Shown here in pieces: positions 20,620-28,909 of a DNA stretch of 62,351 nucleotides. How positions within the stretch are numbered: position 1 is the first letter of the stretch; each line of letters begins with the position of its first letter. The translations under genes and the position numbers were made by a program. Origin of the DNA: Lentihominibacter sp. GTDB lineage: Bacteria > Bacillota > Clostridia > Peptostreptococcales > Anaerovoracaceae. The DNA is taken from positions 1 to 62,351 of the forward strand of contig JAZNNY010000037.1 of NCBI GenBank assembly GCA_045580505.1, in the 5' to 3' direction. The notes below the pieces were generated by a model. It searched no databases. It was not told the DNA's origin and saw nothing but the letters and a program-made list of their open reading frames with translations.

Positions 20620-21966
20620 TTACTGCTCCTTATGATCCTCCATCCAGACGCGCCAGCTGCCCTTCTCCAAAGGCTCCCACGGGTCGTCCACACGGAGGCC
20701 CTTCAGATTGTTCTCCAGCGCCCGAAGCACACCGCTGTGCGCGACGATGATGATGTTCCGCGCATAGTCATCCGCCAGGATGTCCCGCAGGGCTGCTACC
20801 GCCCGGTACTGCATATCATAGAAATTCTCGGACCCGTTGCCGATCTTGAAGGTGAACAGGTCCTTGCCGCGCCGCTCATAGAGCTCCGGCTCTTCCTCCT
20901 GTATCTCCCGGATCGCCCGGCCGTCCCAGGATCCGAGGTGGATCTCACGCAGTCCCTCCACCGGGCTGACCTCCGCCCAGATCCGTTCCTTCCGGTAGGT
21001 ATCGTTGATCTTATCCGCGATGATCTGCGCGGTCTCCTTGGCCCGGCACAGGTCGCTGCACCAGACGTGCTCGATGGCCGGCAGCGGCTGCTTGCCGAGG
21101 GAAACCCCTTCGACCCAGTTCGTCTCCGCATAGACATCATCCGCGATCAGCTGCGCGATCTCTTCACCGACAGCGGCTGCCTGCATCCGTCCGTCCTCGT
21201 CCAGGGCCACGTCATACTGGCCGATGAACATGGGCTCGGAGTGCTGCTGGGTCTGTCCATGCCGGACCAGAATGATCCGCTTCCTGGAAGAAAGCACTTC
21301 CAGTTTCTCTCGCTTAAAGCCCTTCTCCACAAAGTGGCGGATAGCCTCGTAGTTCTCCGGTGTATCCATGTCAAGCAGAACCTCTTCATCCGGCACCGGC
21401 ACCCGGACCATCTTCTCCGGCTCCCGGTCGGTGATACCCTTCAGGCCGTCATCCCCTTCGTAACCGGCGATCTCATCGACGCGTCCTGCCGGGACAAGCA
21501 GCGGATGTCCTTTCTTACCTTCAAAGGTCGGCACGAAAAAGCAGGTCTTCCCTTCTTCACCCGCCTCATCCGAGGCCCGCATCAGTTCCCGCAGCGCGCG
21601 GATCGTGATCAGTGGGCAGTCCACCGGTACAAGGAAGAATCCCTTCTTGTCCTTAAAGGACTGGCCTGCCTTTGCGAGACCCGCCTGGATAGAGGTGAAC
21701 ATCCCCCCTTCGTATCTGTCGTTGTAGCACTCGTCCAGCCGCAGCCGGTCGAGTTCTTCCTTCAGGTCCTCCCTCTGGTGTCCGGTCACGACGAGAATGT
21801 CCGTGACGCCCGCGCTGCGCAGGCTCTCTACGAGTCCCGTGATCGCAGGTCTCCCGTCAACCGGGAGCATCGGCTTGAATGCGCTCATGCGCGAGGAAAG
21901 CCCCGCTGCCAGAATGACCGCCCCGTACTTTGCCGGGTCTGCGGCCCTGTTATATCCAATGTTCAT
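20620..21966 (-). CDS. MocA-like NTP transferase fused to a histidine-phosphatase domain
   Basis: ILAAGLSSRM..FKP, GMFTSIQ.G, PVD.P, GHP, DMDTP; then LVRHGQT, SDL.RA..TA, VAHSG. Confidence 0.85.
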   Translation of the reverse strand: MNIGYNRAADPAKYGAVILAAGLSSRMSAFKPMLPVDGRPAITGLVESLRSAGVTDILVVTGHQREDLKEELDRLRLDECYNDRYEGGMFTSIQAGLAKAGQSFKDKKGFFLVPVDCPLITIRALRELMRASDEAGEEGKTCFFVPTFEGKKGHPLLVPAGRVDEIAGYEGDDGLKGITDREPEKMVRVPVPDEEVLLDMDTPENYEAIRHFVEKGFKREKLEVLSSRKRIILVRHGQTQQHSEPMFIGQYDVALDEDGRMQAAAVGEEIAQLIADDVYAETNWVEGVSLGKQPLPAIEHVWCSDLCRAKETAQIIADKINDTYRKERIWAEVSPVEGLREIHLGSWDGRAIREIQEEEPELYERRGKDLFTFKIGNGSENFYDMQYRAVAALRDILADDYARNIIIVAHSGVLRALENNLKGLRVDDPWEPLEKGSWRVWMEDHKEQ

Positions 21967-21992
21967 ACTATGCTTTCTCCTGTGGTTGTCTT

Positions 21993-22862
21993 TTATGCAT
22001 GCAGCAGCGCTGTGCTGTCTGTTTTCTCTTCTTCTGGTGTGAGCTGCGACCGCACCTGAATGATCTCCGCCGCAATGCTGACGCCGATCTCCTCCGGGGT
22101 CTCCGATCCGATCTCAAGGCCGATCGGTGCGTGTACGTCCTGCAGCTGCTCCTCGCTGAATCCTTCTTCCCGCAGAGTCTCAAACAGCAGGTTGTTCTTC
22201 CTGCGGCTTCCGATCATCCCAAGATAAGCGTGGGGTTTCTTAAGCGCCTGCCGCAGCACCGTCAGGTCGCCCTTATGTCCCCGGGTCACGATGATCAGAT
22301 AACTGTCCTCGTCGACCTCGATCTCATCGAAGCAGTGTTCAAAATCGCTGCAGACGATGGTCGCCGCTACCTCGGGGAAGCGCTCTGCATTCGCGTACTC
22401 CTCGCGGTCATCGATGATGTAGGTATCGAAATCCACGTGCCGCAGGACCGGTTCCAGCGCCTTGGCCACGTGGCCGCCGCCGAAGATGTAGGCCCGGCTC
22501 TGCTCTTTGAAATCCTCCACGAAGCTGCCCGGATCCGCCGCGCTTATGTAGTCGATCTGAATGGTCGCGTCGCCGCCGCAGCCCATCTCCAGCGCGCCCT
22601 TATCCTTCTGCTTCTCGTCCAGAATGAATTCGTAGGTCATGGTTTTTTCTTTGGTCTTCAGCATCTGCCGGCAGAGTTTCTCAGTCTCCGCCTCGAGCAG
22701 ACCGCCGCCGACGGTCCCGACGGTGTGTCCGCCATCCCGCATCAGCATGACCGCCCCGCGGTGCCGCGGCGCCGACCCCTTCGTGCTGACCACTCTGGCC
22801 ACGACGAAATCGTATCCTTCTTCAATGTATTTTCTCGCGATGTACGAAATCGGTTCTCCCAT
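21993..22862 (-). CDS. xdhC: XdhC/CoxI family Moco-insertion chaperone
   Basis: GSAPR..GA.M, GTVGGG..E, MGCGG, YLGMIGSRRK, APIGL.IG.ETPEEI. Confidence 0.92.
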   Translation of the reverse strand: MGEPISYIARKYIEEGYDFVVARVVSTKGSAPRHRGAVMLMRDGGHTVGTVGGGLLEAETEKLCRQMLKTKEKTMTYEFILDEKQKDKGALEMGCGGDATIQIDYISAADPGSFVEDFKEQSRAYIFGGGHVAKALEPVLRHVDFDTYIIDDREEYANAERFPEVAATIVCSDFEHCFDEIEVDEDSYLIIVTRGHKGDLTVLRQALKKPHAYLGMIGSRRKNNLLFETLREEGFSEEQLQDVHAPIGLEIGSETPEEIGVSIAAEIIQVRSQLTPEEEKTDSTALLHA

Positions 22863-22896
22863 GATTCTCCTCCTCCAAAGGCAGGCCTGCCTTTGT

Positions 22897-23613
22897 CTAT
22901 AATGGTTTCACGGCCTCGAGCAGGAAATAGCCAAACCGGCGCTGCTTACCGCCCGCTTCCGTCTTGATGTACTTGTTCAGCTGCCGCAGCGCCTCCTGCG
23001 GATCCGCTGCCTCCGTGAGGAGGCTGTCCAGTTCTTCTGAATGGTCCTCAAAAGTCTTGACCTGAAAACCGGTCTCTTCCAGCTGGCGGATGAGCAGATC
23101 CTTGTAGAAGGCTCCCTCAAAGCGGAAGTCGACGAACTTAAGGCCCCTGTCCTCGCAGTCGCCTTCCTGGTGCGGGATCCTGCTCTGCCGGTCCGCTTCA
23201 ATCTGCACCGCCCTGACCTGCTTCGGATCCGGATCTTTCTCATAAAGGTCGCTGATGATCAGTCTGCCGCCCTTCTTCAGAACGCAGTAAGCTTCGTGCA
23301 TGGCCTCGTCCGGCATGTTGATCAGGGAGAGCGTGCTCTCCATCATGATCCCGTCAAAGGTGTAGGACATGTAGCTGTCCAGGAATTCCCCGTCGCCGAA
23401 CTTCACGTCGATGCCGGGGTGTTTCTCCTTGGCCTTCGATATGGCAGACAGGTTCATGTCGATGCCTTCGGCCTGCATGCCGCGCTCTGCCAGCAGGGCC
23501 ACGGTATCTCCTTCTCCGCAGCCGATATCCAGGATCCGGCTGCCTTCCTTCCATGCGGCGAGGTCAATTCCTCTCTCGGTCAGTTTCTCTTGGCCGGGTA
23601 TATTCGCGCTCAT
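22897..23613 (-). CDS. Class I SAM-dependent methyltransferase
   Basis: ILDIGCGEG, LKKGG.L.ISDLY; co-oriented with xdhC. Confidence 0.85.
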   Translation of the reverse strand: MSANIPGQEKLTERGIDLAAWKEGSRILDIGCGEGDTVALLAERGMQAEGIDMNLSAISKAKEKHPGIDVKFGDGEFLDSYMSYTFDGIMMESTLSLINMPDEAMHEAYCVLKKGGRLIISDLYEKDPDPKQVRAVQIEADRQSRIPHQEGDCEDRGLKFVDFRFEGAFYKDLLIRQLEETGFQVKTFEDHSEELDSLLTEAADPQEALRQLNKYIKTEAGGKQRRFGYFLLEAVKPL

Positions 23614-23660
23614 TCATTCTCCTCTCAAAACTGCTATTTTAAGATATGCTCTGACGTACG

Positions 23661-23702
23661 AAAACCTGACTCGGAAAGCTTGTTACTGTTCCGGAGTCAG
23701 GT
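23661..23702 (-). terminator. Intrinsic terminator after DUF2149 gene
   Basis: ACCTGACTC(C)GGAA...TTCCGAGTCAGGT then TTT on the minus strand. Confidence 0.65.
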
Positions 23703-23725
23703 CCTGCGTTCATCATGATTCTCTA

Positions 23726-24043
23726 TTATTCCGCCATCACATAGTACTTGCCGGTCTCGGGATCCATATAAACGGTTCCCATTTCCTGCAGGTTGGTGTT
23801 GGCATCGATCTCCTGTGTGACCGTCCCGTCCATGCCGTTGATCTCATAGGTCGCGTTTGCTCCGCCTTTGCTGATCTCACCGGTCTCACTGACGTTAACA
23901 TTCCAGCTGAGAATCAGCGCAAGGATCAGGCCGCAGGCGAAAACAAGCATCGCATCCGCCATGTTGCCAACGCCCTCCATCGGACTGAAATCCTCCGGCT
24001 TCCTGGATACTCTGAGACGTCCTCTTGTTCCTACGACTTTCAT
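23726..24043 (-). CDS. DUF2149-family protein (ExbD/MotB-like TM with Asp), copy 2
   Basis: PMEGVGNMADAMLVFACGL TM; C-terminal G.VY.DP.TGKYY. Confidence 0.85.
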   Translation of the reverse strand: MKVVGTRGRLRVSRKPEDFSPMEGVGNMADAMLVFACGLILALILSWNVNVSETGEISKGGANATYEINGMDGTVTQEIDANTNLQEMGTVYMDPETGKYYVMAE

Positions 24044-24046
24044 TGA

Positions 24047-25291
24047 CTACTGCCTCCCATCTCTCGGCGCAAAGCTTTCGAGCAGGTCATCCAGTGACTG
24101 GATCTGCTCCATTTCTTTGGCCACTGCTGCCTCTGCCTGAGCTGCCTCCGCAGCTCTTACATCTGCCTGAAACTGCTGGGCGTCATATCCCGCGATCGTC
24201 TTGCTGTTTGCCTGTGCAAAAGTCGGCTTGGCCGTCACGCGCTGCGCTTCTGTCTGAGCGGGCGCTGTCTGGGCCGGACGAGCGGGTGCTGCCTGAGCCG
24301 GACGGGCCATCTGCTGCGCAGGCTGGGCTGCTGCCCGGACTGCCTGAACAGGCTGTCCTGCGCGAGCCGGCTGTGCCGGGGCCTGCTGTGCCTGAGCCGC
24401 CTGAGCTGCTCCTGCAGCTGCCGGTGCCGCCGTCTTGGCTGCACGCACTCCCGGATGCATTGCCGCTGCCTGGGCTGCCGCCTTGCGCGCTGTCCCCTGC
24501 GAAGGAGCCGCCGGACGGGCCGGAGCCGCATGTGCTGCCGCTGCAGTCAGTTCATCTTTCGCAATCGTGACGGTGTCTCTGGAAGCACCGGACGGAGCGG
24601 CTTCAGAACCAGTGTGACCTGCCTTTGCAGCATCGGCTGCCTTCTTCTGCTGCAGCGCCTTACGGCGTTCTGTGTTCTGTACATCCAGAACGGTCTCCAT
24701 AACCGTTTCCAGACCGATCATATATTCCTCATACCATCCTTTACGGATGCCGGAAATGACAAAGCTGATGGCGCCGCTGATCAAGCCTGCGACCGTGGTG
24801 TCAAAGGCGGTCAGCATGGACTGGGACAGGGTCGCCGCATCGCCTTCACCGAGCGCGATGAGTCCGGGGCCGAGCGGAATCAAGGTTCCCATCAGACCGA
24901 ACATCGGGGCGACTCTCGCCGTCAGGTCGGTGACCTTGACGATCTTGCTGTATCTGGCTTCTTCATCCGCGATCAGCTGCCGGGCCAGAGCCTCTCTGGT
25001 GTCGTCCGGATAGCTGACTCTGCTGATCAGTTCCTGAATCGCCGCTTTCTGGCGCATCAGCAGGGTGCTCCCCGCAATGACATCCTTCATCTCCGCAGTT
25101 GTCTTCCCCTGCAGTTCATCGACCAACTTCGGAATGTTCAGCTTCAGTGTCTTCCGTTCCGTCACGATCTCCGCAATGAAGGTTCCAAGCATGAGTATGG
25201 CCAGCAGAATCAAAAGGATCAAAATGATGATCGTCGGAATCTGCAACCCGCTGCTGACTGCCCTTAGTATGCCTCTGACTATTTCTCCCAT
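24047..25291 (-). CDS. MotA/TolQ/ExbB proton-channel family protein with a long Ala/Gln/Pro tail, copy 2
   Basis: APMFGLMGTLIPLGPGL...AFDTTVAGL. Confidence 0.9.
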   Translation of the reverse strand: MGEIVRGILRAVSSGLQIPTIIILILLILLAILMLGTFIAEIVTERKTLKLNIPKLVDELQGKTTAEMKDVIAGSTLLMRQKAAIQELISRVSYPDDTREALARQLIADEEARYSKIVKVTDLTARVAPMFGLMGTLIPLGPGLIALGEGDAATLSQSMLTAFDTTVAGLISGAISFVISGIRKGWYEEYMIGLETVMETVLDVQNTERRKALQQKKAADAAKAGHTGSEAAPSGASRDTVTIAKDELTAAAAHAAPARPAAPSQGTARKAAAQAAAMHPGVRAAKTAAPAAAGAAQAAQAQQAPAQPARAGQPVQAVRAAAQPAQQMARPAQAAPARPAQTAPAQTEAQRVTAKPTFAQANSKTIAGYDAQQFQADVRAAEAAQAEAAVAKEMEQIQSLDDLLESFAPRDGRQ

Positions 25292-25321
25292 GGTTTCCTC
25301 CTAGGTTAATGTGTTACTTGT

Positions 25322-26788
25322 TTATTTCTTTCTGAATTTCTTCAGTGGGTTTCTTGATTTATCTTCGTTCTGGGTCTTTGCGCCAGGCTTGGCGTTGGCC
25401 TGAGTCTTTGCGCCAGCCTGGTCGGCGGTTCCTCCGGTCGTCTTCTTACCGAACCGCTTCCTGCCGCCGTCCGCCGCCTTACCGGTCACTGCCGCTGCAG
25501 CGGCCTTGCCGATATCCAGATTGAACCTGCGGACTCTGCCGACTGCGCCCGCTCCGCACGCTGCGACTGCTACTGCTGCCGATCCAGCGGCTGCCGGGAA
25601 CGAAACGCCGTCTTCATCATAATCTTCTTCTACGCCTTCTTCCCCTTCCATGAACTCTTCCTCGTCAATGGGATTTCCATTTTCATCGTAGTACTGCGGC
25701 TCCTCCGGAATCGTCTCCGTCAGATAAACTTCCTTCACCTTCATCGTCTGGAAGGATGGAGTCGCCGTCGACCCCGTCTGCGTCGGCCTCGTCGCCGTCG
25801 TCGTCACCGTCAGACCCGTACGGGTGGTCACGCCCGGCCGGGTGGTTGGCCGGTAGGGGCGGTAAGTATAGCCGGTGTACTTGCGGGTGGTGTACTTACG
25901 GGTGGTGTATTTGTTGGAAGAGGTTTTTTTCGTGCTTGTTTTTTTGGTACTGGTTTTTTTGGTGGTCTTTTTAGTTGTTGACTCAGTGGTCTTCTTAGTA
26001 GCTTTCCCTGTAAAAGAAACCTTTGCATCGTTATCCAGATAATCGAATGTGCTATCCGCGGCCTTAGCTGTTATGCTGATGCTTCCGCTCTTCTTTATGG
26101 TTGCCTTCAACTGACCGGACTCTCCCGAAGTGGTAGAACTGGCCAGCTTTACTCTGCTGTTTCCCGTCCATGTCAACTTGGTCATGTCACTGGAGTAGCC
26201 ATCGCTGCCCTTGAAGAATTTATCAATGTCCAGTGAATATGAAATTGTGATGGTGTCTCCGACTTTCGGATTTGTTGGTTTGGCAGAAGGCTTATTCTTG
26301 AACTGAATTGGATTTCTATCAATTTTTGACTTGATCCGATAAACATCCGTCCCAAGCGGTCCCACCTCATCGAAAAGGTCCCAGCTCTCTCCATTTTTCA
26401 CCAAGTAAACAGCGCCTGTATCAACCGGACTGCTGTCATCGTTGAGTGTAACCTCACTGTCTGAAAGGCCGGCTTTACTCAATATATTCGAGAGCTTTCT
26501 TGCCTTGACCGTTTCTGTGACCGGATTTCCCTCGTCATCAAACTCTCCGGTTTCATAGGTCAGATCCTCTGGATCAACACCTGTGATCCAACTGCTGCTA
26601 TCCTTTTGTGCCGTAGATCCATTCGAGTATTCCGCAATAAATGTAACATCACCCGCCGCATGCACTCCATCCGACAATGCCGGCATTACAACAAAGCACT
26701 GCAGCACGGCAATGCATACAATACAAAGCACCGCCACGATGCGGCGGCCGGTTCTGGAATTCTTGATTGTAGATCTGTCTCGGCTCAT
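25322..26788 (-). CDS. Exported protein with Lys/Thr-rich linker and C-terminal membrane anchor
   Basis: Signal peptide (..VHA), KKTT/KYTTR repeats, AAAGSAAVAVAACGAGAVGRVRR; ATG 26788 follows AAGGA. Confidence 0.75.
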   Translation of the reverse strand: MSRDRSTIKNSRTGRRIVAVLCIVCIAVLQCFVVMPALSDGVHAAGDVTFIAEYSNGSTAQKDSSSWITGVDPEDLTYETGEFDDEGNPVTETVKARKLSNILSKAGLSDSEVTLNDDSSPVDTGAVYLVKNGESWDLFDEVGPLGTDVYRIKSKIDRNPIQFKNKPSAKPTNPKVGDTITISYSLDIDKFFKGSDGYSSDMTKLTWTGNSRVKLASSTTSGESGQLKATIKKSGSISITAKAADSTFDYLDNDAKVSFTGKATKKTTESTTKKTTKKTSTKKTSTKKTSSNKYTTRKYTTRKYTGYTYRPYRPTTRPGVTTRTGLTVTTTATRPTQTGSTATPSFQTMKVKEVYLTETIPEEPQYYDENGNPIDEEEFMEGEEGVEEDYDEDGVSFPAAAGSAAVAVAACGAGAVGRVRRFNLDIGKAAAAAVTGKAADGGRKRFGKKTTGGTADQAGAKTQANAKPGAKTQNEDKSRNPLKKFRKK

Positions 26789-26833
26789 ATTATCCTTCGT
26801 GTCCTGTTTAGTCTCAAAACCATTACCCGATTC

Positions 26834-26862
26834 ATTATATCGGATTTCACCTGTTCTTTCAA
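26834..26862 (-). promoter_or_regulatory. Sigma-A promoter of the second ExbB module
   Basis: TTGAAA-N17-TATAAT; TTCACC/GGTGAA inverted repeats immediately upstream (26871-26963). Confidence 0.7.
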
Positions 26863-26969
26863 TGAAGACTTGGTGAAGATTCACCGGGGGTATCGCTTTT
26901 GAGCGAAACAAAAAATATTCAGCATTCACCAAATTCCCGTCCCAAAGCTATACATTTGGTGAAATACGG

Positions 26970-27121
26970 TTATGGCCCTGGCCGCGGAGCGCGGATGCCA
27001 TAAGGCCAGAGGATCCTGCTGCGATGCGGCGGCCTTTCAGGGCGGCCGCCGCAAGCAGCATCCCTCATTCTGAAGGCCTTGCCGGAGCAGATGACAAACT
27101 CACTCATCCGCGAGCGGAGTG
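26970..27121. other. GC-rich three-hairpin intergenic element of unknown class
   Basis: Stems at 26970-27003, 27002-27080 (core TGCGGCGGCC/GGCCGCCGCA) and 27101-27121. Confidence 0.5.
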
Positions 27122-27539
27122 GACTGGCGACGCTTTGACAGAAATCCCAGAAAAGAAGCGTTTTTATCAAAGGGATCCGTGATATTTTGATACATTTTGC
27201 GGAAAAAATTGTGATATGGAAATAGCCCGCACAAATGTCTGCCATGTATCGCGGGTCTGTGTAATTGTGACAGTTTATGTCCTGCCTTTACATCCCCTGA
27301 CCGGGTGAGAGGAGGCGAAGTTAACGGTGCTTTGACAAAACTCCCTATATATCAGAATTTGTATCAATTATTGGTTTCGAGCCTTGATAAAACCGGATGA
27401 ATAACGCGTTTTGTATCAATCGACGCCTTCTCGAGCTCGGACTCGGGCTCGAGCTCAGGCCCTGGCTCCGGCTTCCGAAACATGCACGCCGGCCCGGGCG
27501 GTCCACCCTGCCCTGACCGCGGAGAAGAAGCGGAGCGCC

Positions 27540-28838
27540 CTACCTGCCTTTGCGGTAGGCTGCGGCGAGGCAGCAGAAGGCGACTGCCAGCATCAGGGCA
27601 AATAAGCCATAGACCGGGACATAGCTGCCCATGTGGTCTGCGCTGATGCCGGGCATGGTGGCGAAGATCATGGCGCCGGCCGCGTAGATGAGCTGCAGGC
27701 GGCGCAGGGTATCCGCGTAGTGCTCCTGCGACACCAGGTCGCCGGCCCAGATTGGAATGCCAACTGTTGAAATCGGGCAGCCCATGCCAAACAGCACGGC
27801 CGCGAGCATGGCCAGGGGCACGCTCCGGAGGAAGGCCAGGCAGCACAGCAGATTGCTCAGACAGAAGATCCCGTAGAACAGGGCGGATGCCCGAAAGCCC
27901 CCGAGCCGGTCTGCTGCCTCGCCGCAGACCACTTTGAACGCGGTCATGACGATGCCCGCCACGCTGATCACAAGGGCGACGGTCATGGGGGCGAAGCCCT
28001 CGCTCGTATAGAGCACCGTCAGGTGCATGAAGCCCGGGTTGGCCAGGGCGCCCATGGTCACGCAGACGATGCCCATCAGGATCCATCCGCGCAGGGGAAG
28101 CGTTGCCGCCATGGCGGCGTCCACACCTCCAGCAGTTGAATTGTCCACACCTCCGGCAACTGAATTGTCCGGACCCTTCCCTGCCTCGCGCCTTGCCCGG
28201 TAGGCTGCCAGCACCGACGCCCGGTCCCCGCCCAGCGGCTCGAGGCCTTTGTCCGAAGGCTTTTCCCGAATCAGGGCGAAAATCAGAACCGAAGACAGCA
28301 GCACATACCCCGCCGTAACCAGGAAGGCCGCCCTAAGAGAAAAACGCAGAATGATTCCCGTCAGCATCGGCGGGAGCACGACGATTGCAAGGCTTGAGCC
28401 CGCGCTGCAGATTCCGATGGCCAGGGCCCGGTGACTGACAAACCAGCGATTCATCAGGATCGCGACCGGGATCATACTCCCGAGGCCGTAGCTGATGCCC
28501 GCCACACTGGCGCCGATGCAGAACTGCAGATAACTGCCCGCAAAACTATAGATCACATAGGCCGCGCAGCAGAGAAGCGCTGCAAGAGAGGTCCCCAGCC
28601 GGTAGCCCACCCTGTCGTAGTAGTGACCGATCAGGAGCATCGAAACAAAGGCAAACGTACACCGCAGCGTCACCAGCGATGACGTTTGTGCATTCGTCAG
28701 CCCGAAGTCCCTCATGATATATGGCATGAAGACGGACAGCCCGTTCGAGGCTGTCCCCATCGTGATAAACAGAAGCAGGGTGCATACGCCGCATACGACC
28801 CAGCCGTAAAACACTTTGCTGTCAGATTCCTTACCCAT
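27540..28838 (-). CDS. MFS transporter (OFA/MCT-like)
   Basis: FYGWVV, D+VG.R, NRWF..RALA.G, ADRLG; about 12 TMs; ATG 28838. Confidence 0.88.
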   Translation of the reverse strand: MGKESDSKVFYGWVVCGVCTLLLFITMGTASNGLSVFMPYIMRDFGLTNAQTSSLVTLRCTFAFVSMLLIGHYYDRVGYRLGTSLAALLCCAAYVIYSFAGSYLQFCIGASVAGISYGLGSMIPVAILMNRWFVSHRALAIGICSAGSSLAIVVLPPMLTGIILRFSLRAAFLVTAGYVLLSSVLIFALIREKPSDKGLEPLGGDRASVLAAYRARREAGKGPDNSVAGGVDNSTAGGVDAAMAATLPLRGWILMGIVCVTMGALANPGFMHLTVLYTSEGFAPMTVALVISVAGIVMTAFKVVCGEAADRLGGFRASALFYGIFCLSNLLCCLAFLRSVPLAMLAAVLFGMGCPISTVGIPIWAGDLVSQEHYADTLRRLQLIYAAGAMIFATMPGISADHMGSYVPVYGLFALMLAVAFCCLAAAYRKGR

Positions 28839-28909
28839 ACATTTAGGATATACCCGCGCGGGGGCGAAATCAAGGCCGGGCCTGCTTTTGCAAAGGCAGG
28901 TCCATCCCT

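Noticed and set aside
27420-27480. Hexamer-like tandem repeats (CTCGAG/CTCGGA/CTCGGG) and the overlapping ORF 27364-28086
   Set aside because: Short slippage-type repeats downstream of the MFS stop; the ORF is an off-frame shadow of the MFS gene.
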